Source of the DNA: Candidatus Poribacteria bacterium
GTDB lineage: Bacteria > Poribacteria > WGA-4E > WGA-3G
Reading direction: 5' to 3'
Length of the DNA: 64,000 nt
Assembly (NCBI GenBank): GCA_965215265.1
Contig: OZ244048.1
Coordinates: 4,352,001-4,416,000, forward strand
This document shows, in pieces, positions 1 through 10,445 of this stretch. Positions within the stretch are counted from its first letter, which is position 1. Every line of letters starts with the position of its first letter. Position numbers and translations under genes: made by a program. Under the pieces are notes generated by a model that saw nothing but the letters and a program-made list of their open reading frames with translations, had not been told where the DNA came from and did not search any database.

Positions 1-15
1 CATATTTGATGATTG

Positions 16-2037
16 TTATCCGGGCAATAAGCGATATCCGATGCCTGTCATCAGCCCGACGATGATCCAGATGCCGCCGATAAAGCATTCCCCTAAAACA
101 ATACCTAAAACGAGTGGCCTCAGTTTACGATAATAAGCAACGCCGCCGAATTTGAGCACAATGTATTTCAGCAACCATCCAATAAAAAATGAGCCCCAAA
201 AGCAGTAAGTCGCGTAGCTAGTCATCATCAAAGAGCCGATCGGATGCAATTTCCACCAGAGGTAGTACTGGCGGAGCCAGAACATTCCAAACATTGCAAT
301 CCCACCGAAAATAAAGGAGCCGAGTCTCTCCAATTCAATTCCTTTCGGATGCTGTAAAATGCTGGTAAGTCGATTAAACGGGTTTTTCGCGGAAATCATA
401 TAGGTCCAGTGTTGCAAATTGAGTGCCCCGTGCGTGTAAGCGAGGTCAATTGAAGAATAGTAGGAGATACCTATTGCGAGGACTATGGCTGCAGCTATTG
501 CGACCAAAAAGGGACGTTGTTTGAGCCGGATCGGTTCTGCCAATTTAAAGTTGTTCATCACGCTCGGCATCAGGATTTCCCGCATATCAAACATCAAAAC
601 CCGTTCGTATGCGACGAGTGTCCAGCTCGGTGCGTTGACGCGTGAACTGCCGAAAAGCGTAATGAGATACTCCCCGGGCAGGAAGGAGTATAGTACAAAC
701 AACAAGCCTCCATTGGCAACCATCCATGTCATCACGGTTGTCAATCCGAGGAAGAGTGTCAATATGAAGAGTGCCACCCAGAAACTCATGCCGGCGCTGG
801 TGCAGATAAGACTGAGTGCGAGTATGCCAAGGATTAATCCAGTAGTTGCCCAGACGTAAGGCAGCGGTTCGGTGTTATCATCCATTGGCTGTCTAGCGAA
901 CGCTCGTCGAAAGTGCCGCTTGCCGCTCCATAGAATTAGCAAGATGAAAACAAGAAATCCGCCCATCTGCTGATTTTGATGGAAATTCCACTGATTTATT
1001 TTCGATCCGGTTGCGTAGATAAGGACTGTCTCCATCCTCCCCAGTAGAAAGAAAAACCAGAAGCTAAACGAAATCTCAAGCGTGAGTAAGTAAACGACAG
1101 CGATGACAGACGGATAAATAAAGAAATTAACCGAGGGCCACCATGCCAAAGCGGAGAGTGGTTTTTCGGTAAAAAATTTGGCAAGTGGAAAATAAACTGC
1201 CGGACTCGGAATCGCAGGAAAGTAAAGGTGTAACCCCCTCAGGCCATGCAGTATGACCGGTATTGCAAAACCGCACCACATCATAGGTGACTTAAAGAAT
1301 CGGTTTACAAGTGAGCCGCGAGATGGAGACTGAAACATTTCCAACGGTAATTGGACGAGTGGAAAGGTGAAACGTTCGTGTTCTACCCACTGCTTTCTGA
1401 GGAGGACCGTCCAGCAGATAGTGACAAAATAGAAAATGAGTACAAAGGTACTCCAGGCGATGATGGGCTTTACCCAAGCCCTCCAGGGAATACTACTGCT
1501 ATCCGGTAGCTGCTCATAAAAGTAAAAAACGGCTTTCGGGTCAGTGACGACCATCCAATCGGGGAGATGCTGATGAAACAGAGCTGCCCATTCGTTTTCT
1601 GGCGTTGCGAAGTAAAACGGGCTGACTGATAGAGGAATCAGGTATCGCATTAATCCTGAAGAAGGGATGCCTGACGCTACCAGCATCATGCCCCAGATAA
1701 CAAGGAGTTCGGGGCCTTGTAATTCTGCACCGGGTTTCGCCTTTTTGAGAAGTACATTGACTCCCAAGACGAAAATCAGCAGTGTGAAAACCACGGCAAT
1801 GGGGAGGTGATTACCAGCGAGGTAGGTGCCGCCGATAAGGAAGTCGTTGTAAGGGGTGGCAAGGCATTGGCATGTAACGGCAACGAGGCCGATGAGGAAA
1901 CTTCGAGTTGTGAGTCCGGTCATTGCAGGATGGGAGGTTCGTGCATTATTGACGGCGAATCGAGAACGTCGAAATTGAGTAGCGGGAGGAGGTTGCATAG
2001 AGATGCTTTTTTTTAAAGGAATACTTACATTTGGCAC
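16..2037 (-). CDS. Multi-pass membrane protein, DUF6785/DUF6784-like (putative transporter); start uncertain
   Basis: 673-aa hydrophobic ORF with FATPENEW, RKQWVEHERFTFPLVQLP and WLLKYIVLKFGG motifs shared with paralog 11240..13180. Confidence 0.7.
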   Translation of the reverse strand: MPNVSIPLKKSISMQPPPATQFRRSRFAVNNARTSHPAMTGLTTRSFLIGLVAVTCQCLATPYNDFLIGGTYLAGNHLPIAVVFTLLIFVLGVNVLLKKAKPGAELQGPELLVIWGMMLVASGIPSSGLMRYLIPLSVSPFYFATPENEWAALFHQHLPDWMVVTDPKAVFYFYEQLPDSSSIPWRAWVKPIIAWSTFVLIFYFVTICWTVLLRKQWVEHERFTFPLVQLPLEMFQSPSRGSLVNRFFKSPMMWCGFAIPVILHGLRGLHLYFPAIPSPAVYFPLAKFFTEKPLSALAWWPSVNFFIYPSVIAVVYLLTLEISFSFWFFFLLGRMETVLIYATGSKINQWNFHQNQQMGGFLVFILLILWSGKRHFRRAFARQPMDDNTEPLPYVWATTGLILGILALSLICTSAGMSFWVALFILTLFLGLTTVMTWMVANGGLLFVLYSFLPGEYLITLFGSSRVNAPSWTLVAYERVLMFDMREILMPSVMNNFKLAEPIRLKQRPFLVAIAAAIVLAIGISYYSSIDLAYTHGALNLQHWTYMISAKNPFNRLTSILQHPKGIELERLGSFIFGGIAMFGMFWLRQYYLWWKLHPIGSLMMTSYATYCFWGSFFIGWLLKYIVLKFGGVAYYRKLRPLVLGIVLGECFIGGIWIIVGLMTGIGYRLLPG

Positions 2038-2113
2038 CGGTGAGGGATGTCAGGCCTATTTAGTCGAGCAGTTTTTAGGAAGCACCCTTTAAAGTTATGA
2101 GTAATTCCTCCGT

Positions 2114-2139
2114 AAAAAGTTACCATTTGGTAACTTTTT
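2114..2139. promoter_or_regulatory. Perfect inverted repeat (operator or bidirectional terminator)
   Basis: AAAAAGTTACCA-TT-TGGTAACTTTTT, ~80 nt upstream of the 16..2037 gene. Confidence 0.4.
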
Positions 2140-3286
2140 TATAATTTTTGAAACACTTGAGAATCCAGTCACTATAACCATTAATAGCGTTTTTTGATTT
2201 TGCATGATCAAAAGAAACGGAAAGTGTAACAAATTTTGCGGTTCAGGTTAAGGGGCTTATTTTTGCTGGATTTCCAAGATTTAGGAAGTTCTGATATGAA
2301 AATATTGTTTCACTCCCGGACAAATCGTTGAGTTTATTCCTAGGATCTTGAGCCTTTTCCTGTTCCGTTGCCCGCATTTCTTCATCTATTGGAAGTTCAA
2401 CGCGCGTGGGTGGAGTCGTAACCTCTACATGAAATAACAATTCCTGCACCTGTTTGTCGCCATTGTGGCTCTGAGAGTGACTTTTGAAGCGTTGGTAATC
2501 GATAGTAGAACTCAAAGTTGCCTCACCACGAGTAGATAGGACGGAAAGAATTGCGTCAGATGAAAGAATACCCTCGTTGCTGTAACTGACGATGATATGT
2601 TTCGCATCCGCTTTTTCGACTAAATCTGTCAATGCTGAAAGACAACTCGTCTTTGAGCAGTACACCGGTTTTTCTGATTCTCCATAATCACGCAATCCAG
2701 TTTTTCCGTGAATCGACGGGTTATCGTAGCGAGCAATCGTCTCTAACAGGTGGTAATTCGTAATATATTGGCGCGTGTTGTAGGGTGGATCTATGTACAG
2801 TACATCGCACTGAATCTCGTTAATCAGGTCATTGGCAGGTTTGTGATAGACACGATGAGGTAGCGGGGATGGAATAATATTCACGGGTACTAAGGTTAGT
2901 GGTTTGTAAGTGCGGGCATCCCAGTGTTTTAGATAGGCTGCATAGGTTCCGGAGATATTGGCAACTTTCGATGTAGCCTCCAATAAAGGCAATAACAGTA
3001 GATAAAATTCGCTTTCCGTAATTTCGCCAGATTCCCGCCACGTCTCAATTTGTTGACGAATTGCATCAATCTTTTGTCCATTGACATCAGACAGGTACTG
3101 CCGACAGAATTCGTTGTTGCCAGATGGGCAGTACGCGTTGAAGATGAAGCCTTTTTTGCCGGGTAGCCAGTTTAACCAGGCAATAACCTGGTTATAGGCG
3201 GATAAGGAGGTAAACAGGTCAGCATTTCCTACATTGCTAAGGGTATTAATGATTCCGGCGAATTGCGGCTCTTCGTTATTGGCAAT

Positions 3287-3371
3287 TTTCGTATATCTCC
3301 GTACCATCAACGTCTTGGTAATCATAACTCGTGTGTAAATCTCGTCTGAGCCGTTCGATGTATTGTCTCTA
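3287..3371 (-). mobile_element. Dispersed ~87-nt element (type A), 85-nt copy inserted in MTase gene
   Basis: Core ACGAGATTTACACACG...GTTGATGGTACGGAGATATAC. Confidence 0.8.
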
Positions 3372-3583
3372 AAAGGCATGTTGAAAAGCAGAGGAAAGTT
3401 CCAATAAATCATTGGTGATAATTTGAAACCCTTGTTTTTTGAAATGTGCGGCGACACTAGCGGTGCCTGCGAAAAGGTCGCAGAACACGCCTTCTTTTGG
3501 AGATTCACCCCGCTGGCGGGGACAAATCCTCAATAACAAGTTTTTCTGTGACAAGGTGTTCAATATAGGTTAATAGGTTCAAT

Positions 3584-3672
3584 TTTTTTTGTATATCTCC
3601 GTACCGTCAACGCTTATGTCGTGGGTACTCGTGTGTAAATCTCGTCGGAGGTTATCTATGCTATGATTCATA
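3584..3672 (-). mobile_element. Dispersed ~87-nt element (type A), 89-nt copy inserted in MTase codon 7
   Basis: CTCCGACGAGATTTACACACG...GGTACGGAGATATAC followed by A8. Confidence 0.8.
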
Positions 3673-3816
3673 TTACAGCCGATATAACGCATCTTGTATA
3701 GGTGGTTGACAGTACAGGTTGCACAACTTTAACCCTACCTCCTTGTGTATTTCGTTTAGTTAATTAAAACATAAAGCGGCTCATGTTTGCAAGTTAAATA
3801 TGAGTGTAAATCGTTC

Positions 3817-5406
3817 TTAAAAACCAAACGGTAAGGTCGGGATTAAGGGTTTGCCAGTATACGGATTTATCATATCCGGCATTCTCGGTATATTTTGCCT
3901 TTTCTCTTCGAATCGGCTTTCAATGGAGTAGAGTTGGAGGCGCGGAAAAAGATTATTCCCTATCTGGACATTACCGAATTTTGAGAGCTCGTTTTGTGAT
4001 GCTTTGGAGGAGACAGGCTCCAAGGTAATATAGATGCCCATGACGGCATTTTCGCGATGGACAACATGGAGAAAATCACGAAGGTGACTGAGTGAAAACT
4101 TTCCACTTTTGACTTGGGCGAGAACGATTTTGCGGTAGCCGTCTTCTGGGGTTTCAAGTGTATTACCGATTCCATCAATGCCGCTATCCGCTCCACCGCT
4201 TTCGTTAGGAACAAGTCCGGGAATAAGGTTAATTGCCCATATCTCAAAATGCCTACGGTTCTCTTTAGCAAGACGGTGTGCACTCCTAAGGTCCGCGGGA
4301 ATGCCATAGGTTGAGATGTTTCTGCCTGGAAATCGTTGGTTCTTGATAACATCCAAAGCGGAAGGATTGATGTCAATGCCGATCCACTTTCGTTTTAGGA
4401 GATCCGCGGCGACAACGGTTGTGCCACACCCACAGAACGGATCAAGGACAGTATCACCTTCATCCGATGATGAATTGATGATGCGTTCGAGGAGTTCTAT
4501 AGGTTTCTGCGTATTGTATCCGAGACTGGACTTCCCACGAACTGGTGGAATGTCTGTCCAGATGTCCTGCAACGGAACACCTTTCGCTTCACTCAGGTAC
4601 TTTTTGTAATAATACGGACCGCCTTCTCTAAGTTGCACAAGGCGGTTGGATTTAGACATCTGTGTCATGTTTTCTTCACTGAACCGCCAAGCACGCGTGA
4701 TACCTTTAAAGGTATACGGTTTATTGCCACCTGCCTCGTTGGTACAGGGCAGCAGCCGATATAATCCTATTCCGTCTTTATGTTTGTAATGGGATTTAAC
4801 ATACGCAGTATCATAAGGCATGTATTGGATGCGATACTTAGTTTTGTTGGACATGCCGTAAAAAAGGATGGTGTCGTGGTTTCTTCCCATGTGACTTTTG
4901 GCGAGGTTGTGCGTATCTAACCGACGTTTCCAGACAATTTCATTTCGGAAATTGTCTGACCCGAAAATTGTATCCATAACGATTTTGAGATAGTGACTTG
5001 CTGTATCATCACAGTGGAGATAGATACTGCCTGTCGGCTTGAGAAGCCGCTTCATCTCAACTAAGCGGATTGCCATATAACTGATGTATGCCATCATGCC
5101 GCAGTTGCCGAGGATGAGGTGCAACCCGGCGATAGTTTTATGAATTGGTGATGTAACCATGCCGGTAAGTTCATCGACTCGGGCTTGTACCTCGCGGCTC
5201 CAATGCCACGTATCATCAAATGCTTTAAGCGAGGCAGAAGGTGTCTCCTTATTTGCGGCTTCAATCGCGTAAAGTTGATTGAACTTCTGCTTGGAATTGA
5301 AGGGCGGATCGGCGTACATCATATCCACCCAGCTATCCTGCCATTGGTGCATAATCTCCAAATTGTCGCCATAGTAGAGACTGTTGTATTCAGGAATTGT
5401 TAACAT
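3817..5406 (-). CDS. N4/N6 DNA methyltransferase (beta class) with C-terminal restriction-endonuclease-like domain
   Basis: YYGDNL, YADPPF, TQKPIELLERII, LDPFCGCGTT; C-terminal DSGIDG...AQVKSG; AAGAGG SD before ATG 5406. Confidence 0.8.
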   Translation of the reverse strand: MLTIPEYNSLYYGDNLEIMHQWQDSWVDMMYADPPFNSKQKFNQLYAIEAANKETPSASLKAFDDTWHWSREVQARVDELTGMVTSPIHKTIAGLHLILGNCGMMAYISYMAIRLVEMKRLLKPTGSIYLHCDDTASHYLKIVMDTIFGSDNFRNEIVWKRRLDTHNLAKSHMGRNHDTILFYGMSNKTKYRIQYMPYDTAYVKSHYKHKDGIGLYRLLPCTNEAGGNKPYTFKGITRAWRFSEENMTQMSKSNRLVQLREGGPYYYKKYLSEAKGVPLQDIWTDIPPVRGKSSLGYNTQKPIELLERIINSSSDEGDTVLDPFCGCGTTVVAADLLKRKWIGIDINPSALDVIKNQRFPGRNISTYGIPADLRSAHRLAKENRRHFEIWAINLIPGLVPNESGGADSGIDGIGNTLETPEDGYRKIVLAQVKSGKFSLSHLRDFLHVVHRENAVMGIYITLEPVSSKASQNELSKFGNVQIGNNLFPRLQLYSIESRFEEKRQNIPRMPDMINPYTGKPLIPTLPFGF

Positions 5407-5419
5407 GACAAATTTCCTC

Positions 5420-5612
5420 TTTTTAGTATATCTCCGTACCATAACCACTTATGCTTTGATAGCTCGTGTGTAAATCTTGGCAGGTTCGGTATTCTTTGTC
5501 TGTCCATGAGACAAGATAACCTTTTATCTGCCACCCACTGGGCAGGGTGAATTCCCTTTGTACAGGATTTAACATAGCAGCAATTGGCATCGGGCTCCTG
5601 TAGACAAAAAAA
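5420..5612. mobile_element. Composite repeat: type A element with nested TGGCAG..CTGCCA insert, plus an opposite-facing degenerate type B copy
   Basis: 5420-5533 closely matches 27088-27200; 5562-5612 is the reverse of the TATAGGAGCCC-type arm. Confidence 0.7.
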
Positions 5613-5619
5613 ATCATTA

Positions 5620-6843
5620 TCAACTGCGCAAATCAAAAACGGTTTTGACTGTGCCTGATGTACCCGTGTTGAGCGCGGTATGGATTGCGCGTTTGTAATC
5701 CAGTAACGAAAAGAGTGGACCAACCAGTGGGCGCAATTGTGTTCCCATTTGTTGTAGCAGCTGCATGCCCAGCGTAAACGTATGAATCTGTTCGCCGTTA
5801 TGTGTTTCAAACCCATAGGTGTATGCCCCTTTAACGCGCAACTGTTTATACCAAACCGAATTCCAATCGATGTTTTTCGGGATGCCTGGCATCCCGAGTA
5901 GGATGACTTCTCCACTGGCCCGGGTGAAACGGAGTGCATCGTCTATGGTGATGCTGGATGCGATACAATCAAATGTGACATCTACGCCTCCTAATAAAAC
6001 TTGTTGCCCTAATTCGGGCTGATACGATTCTGCGTTTGTTAATTCACAAAACGCCGCATAACGTCCTTTATTTGGAGTTACTACCTCATCTGCACCAAGT
6101 TCTCGTGCGAATTGCTGCTGGTGTGGATACTTTGCGAAACTGAGGATGCGATTTTGATGCCCAAGCATCCGGAGTGCTGCGACGGTGAGCAATCCGATGC
6201 TTCCGCCGCCGAGTATACAGATATCGTCTGTTGGTTTGAGTTCTGTCTGCAAAATGCCGTGTAGGGCGCAGGCAAATGGTTCCAGTAGCACCGCCACTTC
6301 ATCTGAAATGTCATCTGGCACGAGATGGAGTTGTGATTGATGTGCGACGAGATATTGGCTCCAACCGCCGCCGGTGTCGCGACAATACCCGGTTTGAATG
6401 CCTGCAGAAATGCTGCCTTTTGTGATATTTTCACAATTGGAGAAGTGTGAATCTCGGCACTGATAGCACATAGGCGAAATTTCTCTCGCCTTACACGACA
6501 ATGCAGGTTCGATCACTACCCTTGTCCCGATGGCCATATCTTGCACTGCAGAACCTACCTCGGCAATTTCTCCAATGATTTCGTGTCCAATTACAAAGGG
6601 GAAGGAGGTGAATGGCGAAAAATAGGGACTCCCTTTTGCTGTAATCGTTGCCAAATCAGAGCCACAGATGCCACTGAGTTGGGTTTTTATCTTTACCCAT
6701 TCTGGTGTCGGCAATTGCGGCTCCGGAATATCGACGAGGCGTAGACAAGACAAAGGCGACGTATAGAGGGGTGGCCATCTGCTTCCAAGGAAACGCGTGG
6801 CTAGATAGCGTGGGATGCTTTTCGTGTACTGGATGGCTTGCAC
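5620..6843 (-). CDS. Zinc-binding (MDR) dehydrogenase
   Basis: GICGSD, GHE, structural Zn cysteines, GGGSIG. Confidence 0.85.
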   Translation of the reverse strand: MQAIQYTKSIPRYLATRFLGSRWPPLYTSPLSCLRLVDIPEPQLPTPEWVKIKTQLSGICGSDLATITAKGSPYFSPFTSFPFVIGHEIIGEIAEVGSAVQDMAIGTRVVIEPALSCKAREISPMCYQCRDSHFSNCENITKGSISAGIQTGYCRDTGGGWSQYLVAHQSQLHLVPDDISDEVAVLLEPFACALHGILQTELKPTDDICILGGGSIGLLTVAALRMLGHQNRILSFAKYPHQQQFARELGADEVVTPNKGRYAAFCELTNAESYQPELGQQVLLGGVDVTFDCIASSITIDDALRFTRASGEVILLGMPGIPKNIDWNSVWYKQLRVKGAYTYGFETHNGEQIHTFTLGMQLLQQMGTQLRPLVGPLFSLLDYKRAIHTALNTGTSGTVKTVFDLRS

Positions 6844-7005
6844 TGCGTTATAGACACCTCTATTGCGTGAGTGACTCCGACGGAGCTCTATCTTCGCGAA
6901 TGACCCATTTGCTCATTGCTTTTTCAATTACCTTAATCAGTTTTTCTTTTTAGTCTCCAAAGAAAGCGCAGAAATCATCAGCCCGGGGACTATCACAGAG
7001 ATGAC

Positions 7006-8202
7006 TTACGCATTTGTCTCATTCTGATAGTACTCCATCAAAATCTTAGCAACTTCAGGACGTGCGATTTCCGGGGGTAACGGTTTGCCCGCAGCGAGTA
7101 GTTCGCGTTGCTTCGTGCCGGAGATGGAGAAATAATCGTCTCCACCGTGCGGACAATCTCGCATCATGACGATTTTATTACACTTGTGGCACCAGACTGT
7201 AAAGTCACCTCGGAAGAGCTGAATATGCAATGCATCTTTAGGAATTTCATGAAATATGTGTTGTGCATCAAAGGGACCGTAATAGTCACCTGCCCCGGCG
7301 TGGTCTCGTCCGACGATGAAGTGTGTGCAACCGCAGTTCTGACGGAACACTGCGTGCAGGAGTGCTTCTCTTGGTCCGGCGTAAAGCATATCAAAACCGT
7401 AGCCGGTAATAGAGACGGTGTTTTCTGGGAAATAGTGTTTTACCATAGCGCGGATGGCAGCATCGCGAACAGCAGCGGGTATATCCCCCGGTTTGAGTTT
7501 ACCGAGGAGCATGTGAATTAAGATGCCGTCGGCGTTGACTTCTTGTTGTGCAATTTTACAGAGTTCTTCATGAGCACGGTGCATCGGGTTGCGGGTCTGG
7601 AAAGCGACGACCTTGTTCCATCCACGCGATGCAATATCTTCGCGAATCTCTACGGCGGTTCGGAATGTATCCGGAAAATCTAAACGGAAATAGGAGTAGT
7701 TCAGCACCTGGATGGGCCCGGATAAGACGTTGTCGCCTACATCTGCATAAGCGGGGACCCCGGGATGTGCAGCGTCTGCGGTGCCAAAAGTCTTCTGGAT
7801 AAGGAATTGTTTCTGTTCTTTTGAGAGTGTCTCAATTGCCGAAACCTTTAAAATCGCCAGCGGTGGATTGCCTTCGACGTTCGCGTCGCGTAGAGCGATT
7901 CGTTCTGCGTTTTTCACTGCGTTAGTGAGTTGTTCTCCTGGAACGATGTTCATCACAGGGACCGGCCAGAAAAGTCCGTTGGGGAGTTTCATATCCGCGG
8001 CGACGCTCGTCGCTTCGGCGATGTTCATGTAGCCTGTGAGCGGTGTAAAGTAACCGGCTGCCAACATAACTGCAGAGGCGGCAGCACCAGAAGAGATGAG
8101 AACTGAGGGGAGGTGTTCTGCCTCTTTTGCCAATTCGTTACGTTGTGCATCGTCCGCGATGTAACGCGGGTCTAAGGTTTCGGCACCATGTGGTTGAATC
8201 AT
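7006..8202 (-). CDS. sat: Sulfate adenylyltransferase (ATP sulfurylase)
   Basis: AFQTRNPMHRAHE, YAGPREA, VGRDHAG motifs. Confidence 0.95.
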   Translation of the reverse strand: MIQPHGAETLDPRYIADDAQRNELAKEAEHLPSVLISSGAAASAVMLAAGYFTPLTGYMNIAEATSVAADMKLPNGLFWPVPVMNIVPGEQLTNAVKNAERIALRDANVEGNPPLAILKVSAIETLSKEQKQFLIQKTFGTADAAHPGVPAYADVGDNVLSGPIQVLNYSYFRLDFPDTFRTAVEIREDIASRGWNKVVAFQTRNPMHRAHEELCKIAQQEVNADGILIHMLLGKLKPGDIPAAVRDAAIRAMVKHYFPENTVSITGYGFDMLYAGPREALLHAVFRQNCGCTHFIVGRDHAGAGDYYGPFDAQHIFHEIPKDALHIQLFRGDFTVWCHKCNKIVMMRDCPHGGDDYFSISGTKQRELLAAGKPLPPEIARPEVAKILMEYYQNETNA

Positions 8203-8284
8203 TAAATTCTCCTTGCGCGAATCTTATATTCGCTCTGTATCATATATCACAAATGTTGTACACTGACGGGAAGGCGTTTCTGTC

Positions 8285-10423
8285 TTAGCGTTCACTTTCA
8301 TCCGAGGCGGCTATCTGCTCAACGGTACAGCCGTTCCAGATCCAATAATTGTGTTTCCTATCCCATTCTTCCTCGGTTCCCACGCGTCGTTTGGGCGTGA
8401 AGATGACTTGTGTGAGGTAACCGTCTGTCACTTCCACTGTATAGACATGCTCAACGAATCCGTGTTTGTCATAAACGATCGGGCGTTCTCCGGGTACTTT
8501 GTCTGAAAGAGTATGTGGGATGTCTACATTGTCGCGACGGATGGTGAATTTTTTAAGAACCGATTTCCTATTTGCTAACAGATTAACTGTATGCACTGCG
8601 TCCTCTGCTGTGCAGAAGGTATTGGTGACGCGATAAGTCCCATTAGGGAGGTCAAGTTTGAAGGCGGCATCTTCCTTTCCCCATACAGCATCCCGAATCA
8701 ATGCGGGCTTGCTTTTTTCCCCATGATATGCTTCATGTGGCGCGCTCGTATCCCAGCCGAATTTACCGTTCTCGTAGACAGTATTAGGGCCAATTGCGTG
8801 GTAATTCTCCGCTGTCTGGGCGTTGTGCGGCTGCATATCAAAACGGATTATAAGGTTGCCGTCTTCTGACTTCTCCCATAGTTCGAGGTTTGGACCTCGC
8901 GCACGTTTTTTTCTAAACAGTTGGAGGTGTTTCGTTTCATGGATGATTTCATAACCGTCCTCCGTAAGTTCTTTCTCTGCCTTTGAGTCGTACCAGGCGA
9001 CAACATAATCTACCGGGATTTTTTCTCTAGCAGTGTTCCGGTTAACCGGGAAGTAATTATAAGCGGATTCGTAGTTTGCAAGATGGACAACATCATTCGC
9101 ATAGACACCGTAGAAAGATGCGGAATGCACGAAGGGTGTAACGTATTCAATCTTTCCTAACGCCTCAGATTTATGCCAATCCTCTGCTCGAATTTCAAAC
9201 ACCGTGTGCGGTTCTATCAGACGTGTGCCTGTGACAAGTTCTTCAATCTCCGGGGCAATGCGTCCATGGTCATAGGCAGTCCTGCCGAAGTGGATTAAGG
9301 TGAAAATAATCAGACAGGCAGTGAGAGTGTAGCGAAAGAGTTTGCCCATATTCGGAATTAACCATGGCACTAACATCAGCAGAATATAGAGGTGGATGCG
9401 ATCGTTAATCCAGCCGCCGTGTCCATAACTCCACGGTGCCCTGATGAACATATAGGTAAATAGGAGTGCAATCAGCAAGAAAGCATCGGTTGGTTTGACC
9501 CACTGCCTTCGGTGAATTCTGTAGCCGAGAGAAATAATAACTGCAACGCCTAAAACTGCAAGTAGGACGTGGTTGACTGGAATATGCCAATCCGTAAAAT
9601 AGACTATCGACTTAATACCCAAGAAGTATTCCCAAATCCATTCCAGGCCCCTATGGTTTCCTTGTTGATACTGTTTCATGCTTTGTAGGTAGTATCCCAT
9701 CAGTACAAAGTACATCGGAATCATGTAGAGCAGGAAGCGTGAAAACGGTTTAAGACTGACAACGAACTGTCGGAGCATCGCAGTGGCACGTTCGCTCCGG
9801 GCCTGCCACGTTTCTGCTAACGCCTTGCCACCCCCGAGTGAGCCAGCCGCGACAGAGATTCCTAACACGACAAGCCCATAAGAGGCGATGTGTGAAAGGT
9901 AGGTGAGCAGCAGCAACACATAGAGGACAGTGAGATGTTTTACCTGCATTTCTTCCTTATGCTTCCACCAAAACCCGAAACTGAAAAAGAAGAAGGAGAT
10001 GCTCAGCGTGAAGTTGTAAAACCCCATGTAAAGGAGGTAGTTATAAGCGAACGGGAATCCAAGCCATGCGAATGTAAAGCCTCGCTTATGAACAGCGTCC
10101 ACAAAATAGAAGAAAGCAATCGGGATCATCCCTATTGCGAGCGTGAGAAAGACCTTTTCAGCAATGACAGGTGGAAACACGTAGAGGAGTAGCGCCAATA
10201 AAATATGAGAGAGCCAGTTCGGGAAAACGGTTATGTTAAGCTGCCATGCGTCCCGAAGTTTGTGGTTTTCGTGTTTGGCGTACTCTGTCAGCACTAAGCC
10301 GTTGTAGACGTGACTCACGCCATCTTGAGAGGGGAAATAGGCAAAGATCCAGATCGGCATGAGATGCAATATCAACAAGACGATGAATAGATGCTTCCAG
10401 GACAAGTTGCTCCAATTGAACAT
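8285..10423 (-). CDS. Multi-pass membrane protein (GT-C-like N-terminus) with C-terminal putative carbohydrate-binding domain
   Basis: About 10 TM segments after SQDGVSH; C-terminal RFDMQP...FKLDLPNGTYRVT beta-rich domain. Confidence 0.55.
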   Translation of the reverse strand: MFNWSNLSWKHLFIVLLILHLMPIWIFAYFPSQDGVSHVYNGLVLTEYAKHENHKLRDAWQLNITVFPNWLSHILLALLLYVFPPVIAEKVFLTLAIGMIPIAFFYFVDAVHKRGFTFAWLGFPFAYNYLLYMGFYNFTLSISFFFFSFGFWWKHKEEMQVKHLTVLYVLLLLTYLSHIASYGLVVLGISVAAGSLGGGKALAETWQARSERATAMLRQFVVSLKPFSRFLLYMIPMYFVLMGYYLQSMKQYQQGNHRGLEWIWEYFLGIKSIVYFTDWHIPVNHVLLAVLGVAVIISLGYRIHRRQWVKPTDAFLLIALLFTYMFIRAPWSYGHGGWINDRIHLYILLMLVPWLIPNMGKLFRYTLTACLIIFTLIHFGRTAYDHGRIAPEIEELVTGTRLIEPHTVFEIRAEDWHKSEALGKIEYVTPFVHSASFYGVYANDVVHLANYESAYNYFPVNRNTAREKIPVDYVVAWYDSKAEKELTEDGYEIIHETKHLQLFRKKRARGPNLELWEKSEDGNLIIRFDMQPHNAQTAENYHAIGPNTVYENGKFGWDTSAPHEAYHGEKSKPALIRDAVWGKEDAAFKLDLPNGTYRVTNTFCTAEDAVHTVNLLANRKSVLKKFTIRRDNVDIPHTLSDKVPGERPIVYDKHGFVEHVYTVEVTDGYLTQVIFTPKRRVGTEEEWDRKHNYWIWNGCTVEQIAASDESER

Positions 10424-10445
10424 CTGTTTCCCTCCATTTAGACTC

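Larger units (their letters stand above)
2243..3692 (-). pseudogene. D12-class N6-adenine DNA methyltransferase disrupted by three insertions and truncated at the 3' end
   Basis: MRYIGC at 3692, CDLFAGTASV (SAM motif I), YIDPPYN (motif IV) and IVSYSNEG lie in different frames; the frames are restored by removing 3584-3672, 3498-3531 and 3287-3371. Confidence 0.8.

Noticed and set aside
5407-5939. N-terminal extension of the MTase to 5448 and ORFs 5400..5939 / 5423..5623
   Set aside because: They run through repeat elements or overlap the dehydrogenase; the SD supports ATG 5406
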